Assembly: GCF_035084215.1 (NCBI RefSeq)
Contig: NC_090340.1
Location: forward strand, 8,928,001 to 8,992,000
Length of the DNA stretch: 64,000 nucleotides
DNA from: Heptranchias perlo
Lineage: Eukaryota
Direction: 5' to 3'
Each line of letters opens with the position of its first letter. Position 1 is the stretch's first letter. Below the pieces are notes generated by a model. The model worked only from the letters and a program-made list of their open reading frames with translations. It made no database searches and was not told where the DNA came from. Positions 1 to 37,811 of this stretch are shown here, in pieces. Both the position numbers and the translations under genes were made by a program.

Positions 1-172
1 CCTTAACTGGTAACATCTCTACTGCCTCGCCCCACCCCGGCGAGATCGACTGGCTAACCGAGCACAGAATGTTACAATAATAATATTACAACTTGGAAGG
101 TTTAATGGAGTTATGGAGCTCAGTAAGTCAAGGGGACATCTCAGCTGCCGTACAGGGTGGGATCCGACGTAC

Positions 173-27201
<27,029 letters not shown>

Positions 27202-27227
27202 CGCTACCAATGAGCCGGACAGTCACA

Positions 27228-27345
27228 CTGAGAGGGAGAGAGGGAGAGAGGTGGTTTTAACCCTGAGGATGGTGAAGAATGGGGCGGTCCGGGCTGGCGG
27301 CTCGTCATATGACCGGGCTCCAAATAGGAAATCACATGATCGGCT
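27228..27345 (-). promoter_or_regulatory. Putative ctsa-like proximal promoter with GC box and MiT/TFE-type boxes
   Basis: GGGGCGG at 27281-27287, palindrome GTCATATGAC at 27304-27313, TCACATGA (M-box) at 27332-27339, CpG-rich, 80-140 bp upstream of the ATG. Confidence 0.55.
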
Positions 27346-27669
27346 GCAAATATTACATTGAGGGAAATATGGGCACATGTCGGCTCCTGTAATCCCGCCA
27401 GGGAGACTCCACAGCACTGGAGGGAGACACAGACCCCGAGCTGATGATTGTAACTCAGGTCCTGCCCCAAATATACAGTGTATGAGATTCACACTGTAAC
27501 TGTGGGCAGGACAGAAATCAAAACAGGAAATGTGCATTGTCCATCTCCGAAATACATTGAATGTTTAAGAGCACAGTTTATTAATGAAGATAGTTGGTGA
27601 TATGGAAGATTCCAGTGATTATCTTTATTAAAACAGGAGTGGATACATCTGAATTCGTTTATGAGGGAC

Positions 27670-27905
27670 GGAAGAGGAGGAAGTGAAACGATTGCGATTG
27701 TACACTGGGATATTACACTGGGCGATGTTGTTGTCGGAATAAAAAGCTCCGATTAAACTCTTCTCTCTGCTATTTCCAAGAAGGCGTTCACTTGCTTCTT
27801 TTAAAATACGTTAAGACCTCCGTTAAACAGCCCACAGAGGAATTTGCCACCATTGCGATTAACGTTCCCACCAGAATGTGGCGCCGTGTCATTCTCCGGA
27901 ATGGA
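27670..27905. promoter_or_regulatory. Core motif module (unit 1 copy): ETS-IRF composite, GAS and N4-GAS sites
   Basis: GAGGAAGTGAAA 27677-27688, ATAAAAAG 27739-27746, TTCCAAGAA 27774-27782, TTCTCCGGAA 27892-27901. Present in every unit; the ETS-IRF site is mutated in U4. Confidence 0.45.
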
Positions 27906-28430
27906 TGTATTTTCTCAAAAACTATTAAAAATGAGAGTTTCGATTTTCTGCTGTATCTGAGATTAAAAGTTACTGTAAGTGTGTGTAGGCACGGGATTAA
28001 AATAATGAAACAAAATAACAGACCAGAAGGCAACAAATAACAGTGTAATGAAGTACTGTAAACACAGGTGACAATCTGGCACCAAATCTGTGCTGGAAAT
28101 GTTGCAATAGTCTCGGTAAAGTAACGAAATAACCTGTGCCCTTAAACTGTCCTTTAAATATATGGACACACTGTAGATAATAACTATTGTTCCTTTCAAC
28201 TATTTTGCTGTATTTTCCAGGAGATCCTTTGAAAACTGCATTTCCCCAACAACCTCCCAATTACAGAAAGACTTGTATTTATGGAACACTTTATCACATT
28301 CTCAGGATGTCCCAAAACGTTTCATCCTCATTAATTACTTTATTTAAGTGTAGCTACTGTTAAGCAGCAAAACGCAGCAGATAAATTTACACACAAGGTC
28401 TCACAAACAGCATGAGATGAATCATCAGTT

Positions 28431-31250
28431 GTACGGTAGCATAGTGGTTATATAAATGGATTAGTAATCCAGGAGGTCTAAACTAATAATCTGGCGTCAT
28501 GAGTTCAAATCCCACCATGGCAGCTGGGGAATTTAAATTCAATTAATTAAATAAAATCTGGAATTAAAATACTAGTATCAGTAATGGTGGCTATGAAACG
28601 ACTGGATTGTTGTAAAAACCCATCTGGTTCACTAATGCTCTTTAGGAAAGGAAACCTACTATCCTTACCTGGTCTGGCCTATATATGCCTCCAGACCCAC
28701 AGCAAAGTGGTTGATTCTTAATTGCCCTCTGAAGTGGCCAGCAAGCCACTCAGTTGTAAAATCTCACTAAAAGAAGTCATAATAAGAATAAAACCAGACG
28801 GACCACTAGGCACCAGACACGACTAAAGGCAAGCCCAGCCCAGTCACTAACATCTGGGGACTTGTACCAAAATTGGGAGAGCTGTCAAGCAACAACGTGA
28901 CATAGTCCATACTCACAGAATCATACCTTTCAGCCAACGTCCCAGACTCCTTGCAGTACAATAATATACAGTCAGGAGGTAAGTGGCCCTTGGTGTCCTC
29001 AACATTGACTCTGGATCTCATGGCATCAGCCCAAACATGGGCAAGGAAACCTCCTGCTGATTACTGCCTACCACCCTCCCTCAACTATGAATCAGTCCTC
29101 CTCCAATGTCGAATACCTACTTGGAGGTAGCAAGGGCACAGAATGTACTCTGGGTGGTGGCACTTCAATGTCCATCACCAAACGTGGCTCAGTAGCACCA
29201 CTAGTGACACAAGCTGGCCGAGCCCTGAAGGATACAGCTGCCAGACTGGACCTGCGGTAGGTGGTGAGTGAACCAACACGAGGGGGAAAAACTTACTTGA
29301 CCTCATCCTCACCGATCTAGCTGTCCATGACAGTATTAGGTAGGAGTGACCACTAGCACAGTCCTCGTGGAGATGAAGTCCCGTCCTTGCACTGAGGACA
29401 CCATCCAACGTGTTGTGTGGCACGACCACCGTGCTAAATGGGATAGATTCAGAACAGATCTAGCAGCTCAAAACTGGGCATCCATGAGGTGCCATGGGGC
29501 AGCAGACTTGTATTCCAGCATGATCTGTAACGTCATGACCCGGCATATTCCTCAGCTCTACCATTCCCAACCAAGCCAGGGGATCAACCCTGGTTCAAAG
29601 AGGAGTGCAGACGAGCAGCACCAGGCGTACCGAAAAACGAGGTGCTAACCTGGTGAAGCTACGACTCAGGACTTACTTGCATGCTAAACAGCGGAAGTAA
29701 CATGCGAGAGACAGAGCTAAGCGATTCCACAACCAACGGATCAGGTCAAAGCTCTGCAGTTGTGAATGGTGATGGACAATTAAACAACTAACGGGAGGAG
29801 GAAGAGGACTCTGTAAACATCCCCATCCATCAATGATGGCGGAGTCCAGCACGTGAGTGGAAGAGACAAGGCTGAAGCGTTTGCAGCCAGAAGTGCCGAG
29901 TGGATGATCAATCTCGACCTCCTCCCGATATCCCTACCACAGAAGCCAGTCTTCAGCCAATTCGATTCACTCCACGTGATATCAAGAAACGGCTGAGTGC
30001 ACTGGATACTGCAAAGGCTATGGGCCCCGAGAACATCCCGGCTGTAGTGCTGAAGACTTGTGCTCAAGAACTAGCTGCGCCTCCAGCCAAACTGTTCCAG
30101 TACAGCTACAACACTGGCATCTACACGACAATGTGGAAAAATGCCCAGGTATGTCCTGTCCACAAAAAGCAGGACAAATCCAATCCGGCCAATTACCGCC
30201 CCATCAGTCTACTCTCAATCATCAGCAAAGTGATGGAAGGTGTCATCGACAGTGCTATCAGGTGGCATTTACTCACCAATTACCTGCTCACCGATGCTCA
30301 GTTTGGGTTCCGCCAGGACCACTCGGCTCCAGACCTCATTACAGCCTTGGTCCAAACAGGACAAAAGAGCTGAATTCCAGAGGTGAGGTGAGAGTGACTG
30401 CCCTTGACATCAAGGCAGCATTTGACCAAGTATGGCACCAAGAAGCCCGAGTAAAATGGGAATCAGGGGGAAAACTCTCCAGTGGCTGGAGTCATACCTA
30501 GCACAAAGGAAGATGGTAGTGGTTGTTGGAGGCCAATCATCACAGCCTCAGGGCAGTGTCCTAGGCCCAACCATCTTCAGCTGTTTCAACAATGGCCTTC
30601 CCTCCATCATAAGGTGAGAAATGGGGATGTTCGCTGAAGATTGCACAGTATTAAGTTCCATTCGCAACCCCTCAGATAATGAAGCAGCCCGAGCCGCATG
30701 CGGCAAGACCTGGACAATATCCAGGCTTGGGCTGATAAGTGGCAAATAACATTCGCGCCAGACAAGTGCCAGGCAATGACCATCTCCAAAAAAAGAGAGT
30801 CTAACCACCTCCCCTTGACATTCAACGGCATTAACATCGCCGAATCCCCCATCATCAACATCCTGGGGATCACCATTGACCAGAAACTTAACTGGACCAG
30901 TCATATAAATACTGTGGCTACGAGAGCAGGTCAGAGGCTGGGTATTCTGCAGCGAGTGACTCACCTCCTGACTCCCCAAAGCCTTTCCACCATCTACAAG
31001 GCACAAGTCAGGAGTGTGATGGAATACTCTCCACTTGCCTGGATGAGTGCAGCTCCAACAACACTCAAGAAGCTCGACACCATCCAGGACAAAGCAGCCC
31101 GCTTGATTGGCACCCCATCCACCACCCTAAACATTCACTCCCTTCACCACCGGCGCACTGTGGCTGCAGTGTGTACCATCCACAGGATGCACTGCAGCAA
31201 CTCGCCAAGGCTTCTTAGACAGCACCTCCCAAACCCGCGACCTCTACCAA
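28431..31250 (+). mobile_element. CR1/L2-group non-LTR retrotransposon with tRNA-like 5' head, disrupted APE-RT ORF and missing 3' tail; unit 1 only
   Basis: NYRPISLLS, QFGFR, LDIKAAFD, QGSVLGP and YKAQVRSVMEYSPLAW in ORFs 29900-31255; A and B boxes at 28437-28512. Confidence 0.9.
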
Positions 31251-31923
31251 ATTAAATAAAATGACCAGATAATCTGTTTATCGGTGTTGGTTGAGGGATA
31301 AATATTGGCCAGGATAATTGGGAGAACTCCCTTGCTCTTTGACGAGTGTAATGGGATCTTTTACATCTAACTGAGAGGGCAGATGGGGCCTCAGTTTAAC
31401 AACTCATCTGAAAGACGGCACCTCCAACAGTGCAGCTCACCCTCAGTACTGCACTGAAATGTCAGCCTGGATTATCTGCTCAAGTGCATGGTGGAACAAC
31501 CAACAATCTTCTAACTCAGGGGTGAGAGTGCTACCGATTGAACCAAGCTGACAGTGTAGGACCAGTGTTTTAGAATGGATTAAAAACTAAAAAATATCAA
31601 TCTTTTCAGTGGGGCGGGCAGGGGTTTTTTCCATGGGGTGTTTGGATATGAGATTAAAACAAAACTACTTCAAATAGGAATTTCAAGATAAGGTTCAAAA
31701 TAGAAACATTGTTTCTTTCATTGGTCGAACAATTCAAATAAAGCAAATTAAAAGAAAAACAGTCTCGTCCGATAAAAATTCTAACACGCCAAGTCCAAGT
31801 GTGTCGCTAGTCTATCGATAACTTTACTACTAGTCACTGAAATATCCCGGTGAACATTTTAGAAGCACGGGCCCAACTAATTGGTTTTCACTGGTCGAAT
31901 TGCAGAACTGACCGCTCTGGAGA

Positions 31924-31964
31924 ACTTCCCCTTGTTTCTGTGTTCTGAGGAACGTTCCTTCGAA
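31924..31964. promoter_or_regulatory. Distal motif module (unit 1 copy): PU.1-type site plus two adjacent TTC-N4-GAA sites
   Basis: ACTTCCCCTT, TTCTGAGGAA, TTCCTTCGAA. Identical at 38591-38631, 43682-43722, 48886-48926, 55436-55476 and 59904-59944. Confidence 0.45.
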
Positions 31965-32111
31965 AGGAAGAGTGGTCCTGTAAAAAAAGTCACAGGAATT
32001 TCGAGAGGTGTTTGAACATCTGACCCTGAACACCCCTCACCCATCAGGACTCTTGTTTATAAATATTTTATTCATAACAATAAAAAGTAACAATAAGCAA
32101 TAAGATGTGTA

Positions 32112-32580
32112 GACACGAGGGAGAAATGTGCTCGGGTCTGGCTCCTGATCGCTGCCCATGGAACCCTGCAGGAAGTGTAGATAGGAATATAGGAATTGCT
32201 GGATGTAAAAAGACCAAAGTCCATCTAGTTCACCTTCTACCATCCTGGTAGTCGCATGATACAATGATAATGGAGTTATTGACTAATCATAGCTATCAAT
32301 CTCTATCAATTAGACTACAACAGTCCCACACATGACACAAGGAAAAAATCCCACTGGTGGAGAGCTTTGGGAACCATGGGTCCAAAGTCACCTGTTCCTC
32401 CCAAGTGTACACGTGTGGACATCAGGTGAGGCTGAGTTGTGATGGCTCCCTACGGACAAAAGGCCCGCTGACATTTGCTGATTAGGGTCATGAATGGCTG
32501 ATTGGGTGAGGTACTAGAGACCAACCAGTGCCCCTGTAATAATAGCCCAACAAGGCCGGCCTTCAGAAGAGGAGGAAGGG
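32112..32580 (+). mobile_element. AmnSINE2-like relic interrupted by a ~230-bp CR1-like tail insertion (present in every unit)
   Basis: gctcctgatcgct..cca..ccctgc.ggaagtg | insert flanked by aagtgta | gtgtggac.tc.ggtgagg..tgtgatg..gaatggc..tgggtgaggtac. Confidence 0.55.
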
Positions 32581-32807
32581 TGAGGAGAACATTGATGAAA
32601 AAAGGAGGAGCAAAGGTAAAAAATAATAAGAAAATCCCTCGACTGGAGGGAGACACAGATCTGGACTCGGGAGAGACACAGATCCTGGCCTGAGAGGGAG
32701 ACACAGAGCCTAGACTCAAGAGAGTCCTGGATTCTGGACTGGTGGAAGACACAGATCCTGGACTGGAGAGAAACACAGATTGTGGATTGGACAGAGACAC
32801 AAATCCT

Positions 32808-34672
32808 ATGATGTGGAGATGCCGGTGATGGACTAGGATGGACAAATGTAAGGAGTCGTACAACACCAGTCGTACAACACCAGGTTATAGTCCAACAACT
32901 TTATTTGAAATCACAAGCTTTCGGAGCTTTCCTCCTTCGTCAGGTGAGTGAAGGGTTCCATAAAGGCACAGCATATATAGTCAGAGAACAATGCCTGGTG
33001 ATTACAGATAATCTTTCCAACTGCCCCTTATCACACCTCAGCAGAGAGATAATCACAGCAATCAAAGGATTGGATGGTGTTCAGACAGAGAAACATTACA
33101 TCCAAGAATACTGAGTACACAAGCGGTCAGATTACAAAGACAGAGAGAGAGAGAGACACACCCGAAAGGCAGAGAAAGAGAGAGAATGACCAGTTGTATT
33201 AAAAACAGATAACTTTTTTTTCGCTGGTGGGATTACATGTAGTGTAACATGAACCCAAGATCCCGGTTGAGGCCGTCCTCATGGGTGCGGAACTTGGCTA
33301 TCAATTTCTGCTCAACAATTTTGCGTTGTCATGTGCCTCGAAGGCTGCCTTGGAGAACGCTTACCCGAAGATCGGAGGCTGAATGTCCTTGACTGCTGAA
33401 GTGTTCCCCGACTGGGAGGGAACCCTCCTGTCTGGCGATTGTTGTGCGGTGTCCGTTCATCCGTTGTCGCAGTGTCTGCATGGTCTCGCCGATGTACCAT
33501 GCTCCGGGGCATCCTTTCCTGCAACGTATGAGGTAGACAACGTTGGTCGAGTCACAGGAGTATGAACCATGTACCTGGTGGGTGGTGTCCTCTCGTGTGA
33601 TGGTGGTATCTGTGTCGATGATCTGGCATGTCTTGCAGAGGTTGCCGTGGCAGGGTTGTGTGGTGTCATGGACGCTGTTCTCCTGAAAGCTGGGTAATTT
33701 GCTGCGAATGATGGTCTGTTTGAGGTTGGGTCGCTGTTTGAAGGCGAGTAGTGGAGGTGTGGGGATGGCCTTAGCGAGGTGTTCGTCATCATCGATGACA
33801 CGTTGAAGGCTGCGAAGAACATGGCGTAGTTTCTCCGCTCCGGGGAAGTACTGGATGATGAAGGGTACTCTGTTGGTTGTGTCCCGTATTTGTCTTCTGA
33901 GGAGATCTATGCAATTTTTCGCTGTGGCCCGTCGGAACTGTCGATCGACGAGTCGAGCGTCATATCCCATTCTTACGAGGGTGTCTTTCAGCGTCTGTAG
34001 GTGTCCATCGTGTTCCTCCTCGTCTGAGCAGATCCTGTGTATTCGCAGGGCCTGTCCACAGGGGATGGCCTCTTTGACGTGGTTAGGGTGGGAGCTGGAA
34101 AAGTGGAGCATCGTGAGGTTGTCCGTGGGCTTGCGGTAGAGTGAGGTGTTGAGGTGCCCGTCTTTGATGGAGATTCGTGTGTCCAAGAATGAAACCGATT
34201 CTGAGGAGTAGTCCATGGTGAGTTTGATGGTGGGATGGAACTTGTTGATGTTATCGTGTAGTCTCTTCAGTGATTCTTCGCCGTGGGTCCATAGGAAGAA
34301 AATGTCGTCGATGTATCTGGTGTATAGCGTTGGTTGGAGGTCCTGTGCAGTGAAGAAGTCGTGCTCGAACTTGTCCATGAAAATGTTGGCGTATTGGGGT
34401 GCGAATTTGATCGCCATGGCTGTTCCACGTGTTTGGGTAAAGAACTGGTTATCGAAGGTGAAGACATTGTGATCCAGCATGAAGCAGATGAGTTGTAGGA
34501 TGGCGTCTGGAGATTGGCTGTTGTTGGTGTTGAGTATTGATGCTGTTGCAGCGATGCCGTCATCGTGGGGGATACTGGTGTAGAGTGCCGAGACGTCCAT
34601 CGTGGTGAGAAGTGTTCCTGGTTCAACTGGTCCGTGGGTGCTGAGTTTTTGTAGGAAGTCTGTAGTGTCCAT
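32808..34672 (-). mobile_element. Penelope-like element (RT plus GIY-YIG), 5'-truncated, inserted in the 24-bp minisatellite
   Basis: 447-aa ORF with DVSALYTSI, GTAM, RYIDDIF, Cys-rich linker CHGNLCKTC and NVVYLIRC...YIGET...R; in-frame TGA at 33329-33331. Confidence 0.95.
32911..32947 (-). ncRNA. Minimal type I hammerhead ribozyme motif in the Penelope 3' region
   Basis: UCAC-CUGACGA-A-GGAG-gaaag-CUCC-GAAA-GC-UU-GUGA: helix I UCAC/GUGA, helix II GGAG/CUCC, palindromic AGCU helix III. Confidence 0.8.
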
Positions 34673-34961
34673 CCGAGAATGGAGAGAGACACAAAACCTG
34701 GAGTGGAGGAAGACACAGATCCTGGACTGGAAGCAGACTTAGATTCTGGACTGCAGATTGACACAGATCCTGGACTGGAGGAAGACACAAATCCTGGACT
34801 GGAGGGAGGCATAGATCCTAATCTGGAAGCAGACACAGACCCTGGACTGCAGATTGACACAGATCCTGGACTGAAGAGAGACACGGATCCTGGACTGGGG
34901 GGAGGCACTGATACTGGATTGGAGTGAGACACAGATCCTGGACTGGATGGAAACATAGATC

Positions 34962-35568
34962 AGATCAGAGACTGGGTATTCTGCAGCGAGTGACTCACCT
35001 CTTGATTCCCCAAATCCTTTCCACCATCTACAAGGCACAAGTCAGGAGCGTGATGGAACACTCTCCACTTGCCTGGGTGAGTGCAGCTCCAACAACACTC
35101 AAGAAGCTCGACACCATCCAGGACAAAGCAGCCAACTTGATTGGCACCCCATCCACCACCCTAAACATTCACTCCCTTCACCACCGGTGCACTGTTGCTG
35201 CAGTGTGTACCATCCACAGGATGCACTGCAGCAACTCGCCAAGGCTTCTTCGACAGCACCTCCAAAACCCGTGACCTCTACCACCTAGAAGGAGAAGGGC
35301 AGCAGGTACATGGGAACAACACCGCCTGTACGTTCCCCTCCAAGTCACACACCATCCTGACTTGGAAATATATCACTGTTCCTTCATTGTCGCTGGGTCA
35401 AAATCCTGGAACTCCCTTCCTAACAGCACTGTGGGAGAACCTTCACCACACGGACTGCAGCAGTTCAAGAAGGCGGCTCACCACCACCTTCTCAAGGGCA
35501 ATCAGGGATGGGCAATAAATGCCGGCCTCGCCAGCGACGCCCACATCCCATGAATGAATGAAAAAAAA
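34962..35568 (+). mobile_element. LINE 3' fragment with A-rich tail (unit 1)
   Basis: QRLGILQRVTHLL...YKAQVRSVME and tail cccacatcccatgaatgaatgaaaaaaaa. Confidence 0.9.
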
Positions 35569-36609
35569 GAGCCTGGACTGGAGGGAGGGACACAGACCCT
35601 GGGAAGAAGATAAAAAAACACAGACCCGAGCTGGAGATTGAAACACGGACCCTGGGTTGCAGATTGAAATACAAACGGTGGGTCAGAGAACTGGAGAGAG
35701 ACACAGACCCTGGACTGGAGGAAGACAGGGATACTGGACTGGAGAGAGACACAGATCCTGGACTGGACAGAGACACAAATGCTGGAATGGAGAGAAACAC
35801 AGACCCTGCCCCAAATAAAGACTGTGTGACTTGACTCTGTAACCCTGAGCTGGATATTAATCAAAACAGGAAATGTGCATTGTCCAGCTCCGAAACACGT
35901 TGAATGTTTAAGAGCACAGTTTATTAATGAAGATAGTTGGTGATATGGAAGATTCCAGTGATTATCTTTATTAAAACAGGAGCGGATACATATGAATTCA
36001 TTTATGAGGGACGGAAAAGGAGGAAGTGAAACGATTGCGATTGTACACTGGGATATTACACTGGGCGATGTTGTTTTAGGAATAAAAAGCTCCGATTAAA
36101 CTCTTCTCTCTGCTATTTCCAAGAAGGTGTTCACTTGCTTCTTTTAAAATACGTTAAGACCTCCATTAAACAGCCCACAGAGGAATTTGCCACCATTGCG
36201 ATTAACGTTCCCACCAGAATGTGGCGCCGTGTCATTCTCAGGAATGGATGTATTTTCTCAAAAACTATTAAAAATGAGAGTTTCGATTTTCTGCTGTATC
36301 TGAGATTAAAAGTTACTGTAAGTGTGTGTAGGCACGGGATTAAAATAATGAAACAAAATAACAGACCAGAAGGCAACAAATAACAGTGTAATGAAGTACT
36401 GTAAACACAGGTGACAATCTGGCACCAAATCTGTGCTGGAAATGTTGCAATAGTCTCAGTAAAGTAACGAAATAACCTGTGCCCTTAAACTGTCCTTTAA
36501 ATATATGGACACACTGTAGATAATAACTATTGTTCCTTTCAACAACGTTGCTGTATTTTCCAGGAGATCCTTTGAAAACTGCATTTCCCCAACAACCTCC
36601 CAATTACAG

Positions 36610-37047
36610 AAAGACTTGTATTTATGGAACACTTTATCACATTCTCAGGATGTCCCAAAACGCTTCATCCTCATTAATTACTTTATTTAAGTGTAGCTAC
36701 TGTTGTTAAGTAGCAAAACGCAGCAGATAAATTTACACACAAGATCTCACAAACAGCATGAGATAAATCATCAGTTGATCTGTTTTTAGTTGAGGGGGGA
36801 ATGTTGGCCGGGGAGAACTCCCCTGCTCTTCTTCCAATAGTGGCCGTGGGATCTTTAACATCCACTTAAACAGGCAGACGGAATCTCGGTTTAACGTTTT
36901 ATCTGAAAGACGGCACCTCTGACAGTGCAGCACTCCCTCAGTGCGGCACTGGGAGTGTCAGCCTGGATTACGGACTCAGGTCTGGGATTGAGGTCCCATA
37001 AACTTTTAACTCAGGCGTGAGTGTTACCAATGGAGCCAATCTGACAA
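36610..37047 (-). mobile_element. DeuSINE A of the array unit (U2 copy; also near 42115, 46987, 53520, 57984; partial at 28266-28430)
   Basis: Reverse-complement tail, Deu domain and tRNA head. Confidence 0.85.
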
Positions 37048-37249
37048 CTGGATACAGTAATCCTTTTCTTGTGCTCACTAAGGCGAGGATTGTTAGTGCT
37101 GGGGAATGAAACCCTTTCTATTTCAGGTACTCAGTGACAGCATCTCAGCATAAAACACTCCCACTCCCAGCTCAGCTATCGAATGGTAAGATATGGAGCA
37201 CAGCTCTGTCCCAACAGTGTCAGTACTGCACCAAACTGACATTTCATCC

Positions 37250-37451
37250 ATCCTGTGAGTTCACTGAGAGAGACTCACAATTAATGCTCGGTTATGGGCG
37301 GTTTTATTCCAGATACAGGAACTGGATTGAGATGGCACAAGCCCCTCAGCAGAGAGAGAAGACTTTCATCCCATCGTTCTACCTGGGATATGGACCCAGG
37401 TCCCAGAGGTTAAACATCAGTGACTGACCCACTGTATCACCCAGTCCTCCC
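37250..37451 (-). mobile_element. LF-SINE-like relic (also in U4, U5, U6)
   Basis: GGACTGGGTG..CAGTGG, TTTAACCTCTGGG, GAAAGTC, TCTCAATCCAGTTCCT, AAAACCGCC and GCATTAATTG are colinear with the recalled LF-SINE consensus. Confidence 0.6.
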
Positions 37452-37811
37452 TTAAGACACTTTATTATAAAACATTCAGGCCCTGAAATGACACGGTGTG
37501 ATACTAATCTATGAATGGTTAACATGTTGATCTGAAATTCCTCCCTCAGACGGAGGAATTAACCTGTTGAAAATAAGTGGGTTAATGCTAAACTGGCAGA
37601 GTAATTTCAGATAGAGACATTAAGCATTTGCACATTAGCATCAGATGGCCATGTTCCTGGACTTGACTGCATCAAAAGAAGAACAGACTTGCATTACTAT
37701 AGCATCTTTCAGGGTGGGAGGAGCCTCATGTAGAGTATAAACACCGGCAGAGACCTGTTGGGCCGAATGGCCTTTTTCTCTGCTGTAAAATTCTATGTAA
37801 CTCTATGTAAC

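Noticed and set aside
27575-27957. Minus-strand terminal exon IQQKIETLIFNSF* followed by two AATAAA
   Set aside because: I could not find a convincing upstream in-frame exon with a good donor, and it would end immediately at the ctsa-like promoter.
27788-28260. Overlapping sense and antisense 78-87 aa ORFs repeated in every unit
   Set aside because: Non-ATG starts, no recognisable domain, and identity explained by recent duplication. Only the spliced version is kept as a hypothesis.
31755-31840. Y RNA- or snRNA-like minus-strand segment ending GACTAGACTGTTTTT
   Set aside because: No Ro-binding stem, an internal T5 run would stop pol III, and there is no clear PSE.
31945-31970. CTGAGGA...GAAA resembling a hammerhead core
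   Set aside because: Helix II and helix I cannot form; better read as two TTC-N4-GAA motifs.
37581-37645. miR-155-like TTAATGCTAA...TTAGCAT hairpin
   Set aside because: Only the first 10 nt match, inner pairing is poor, both arms are mutated in U6 and the segment is deleted in U1 and U3.
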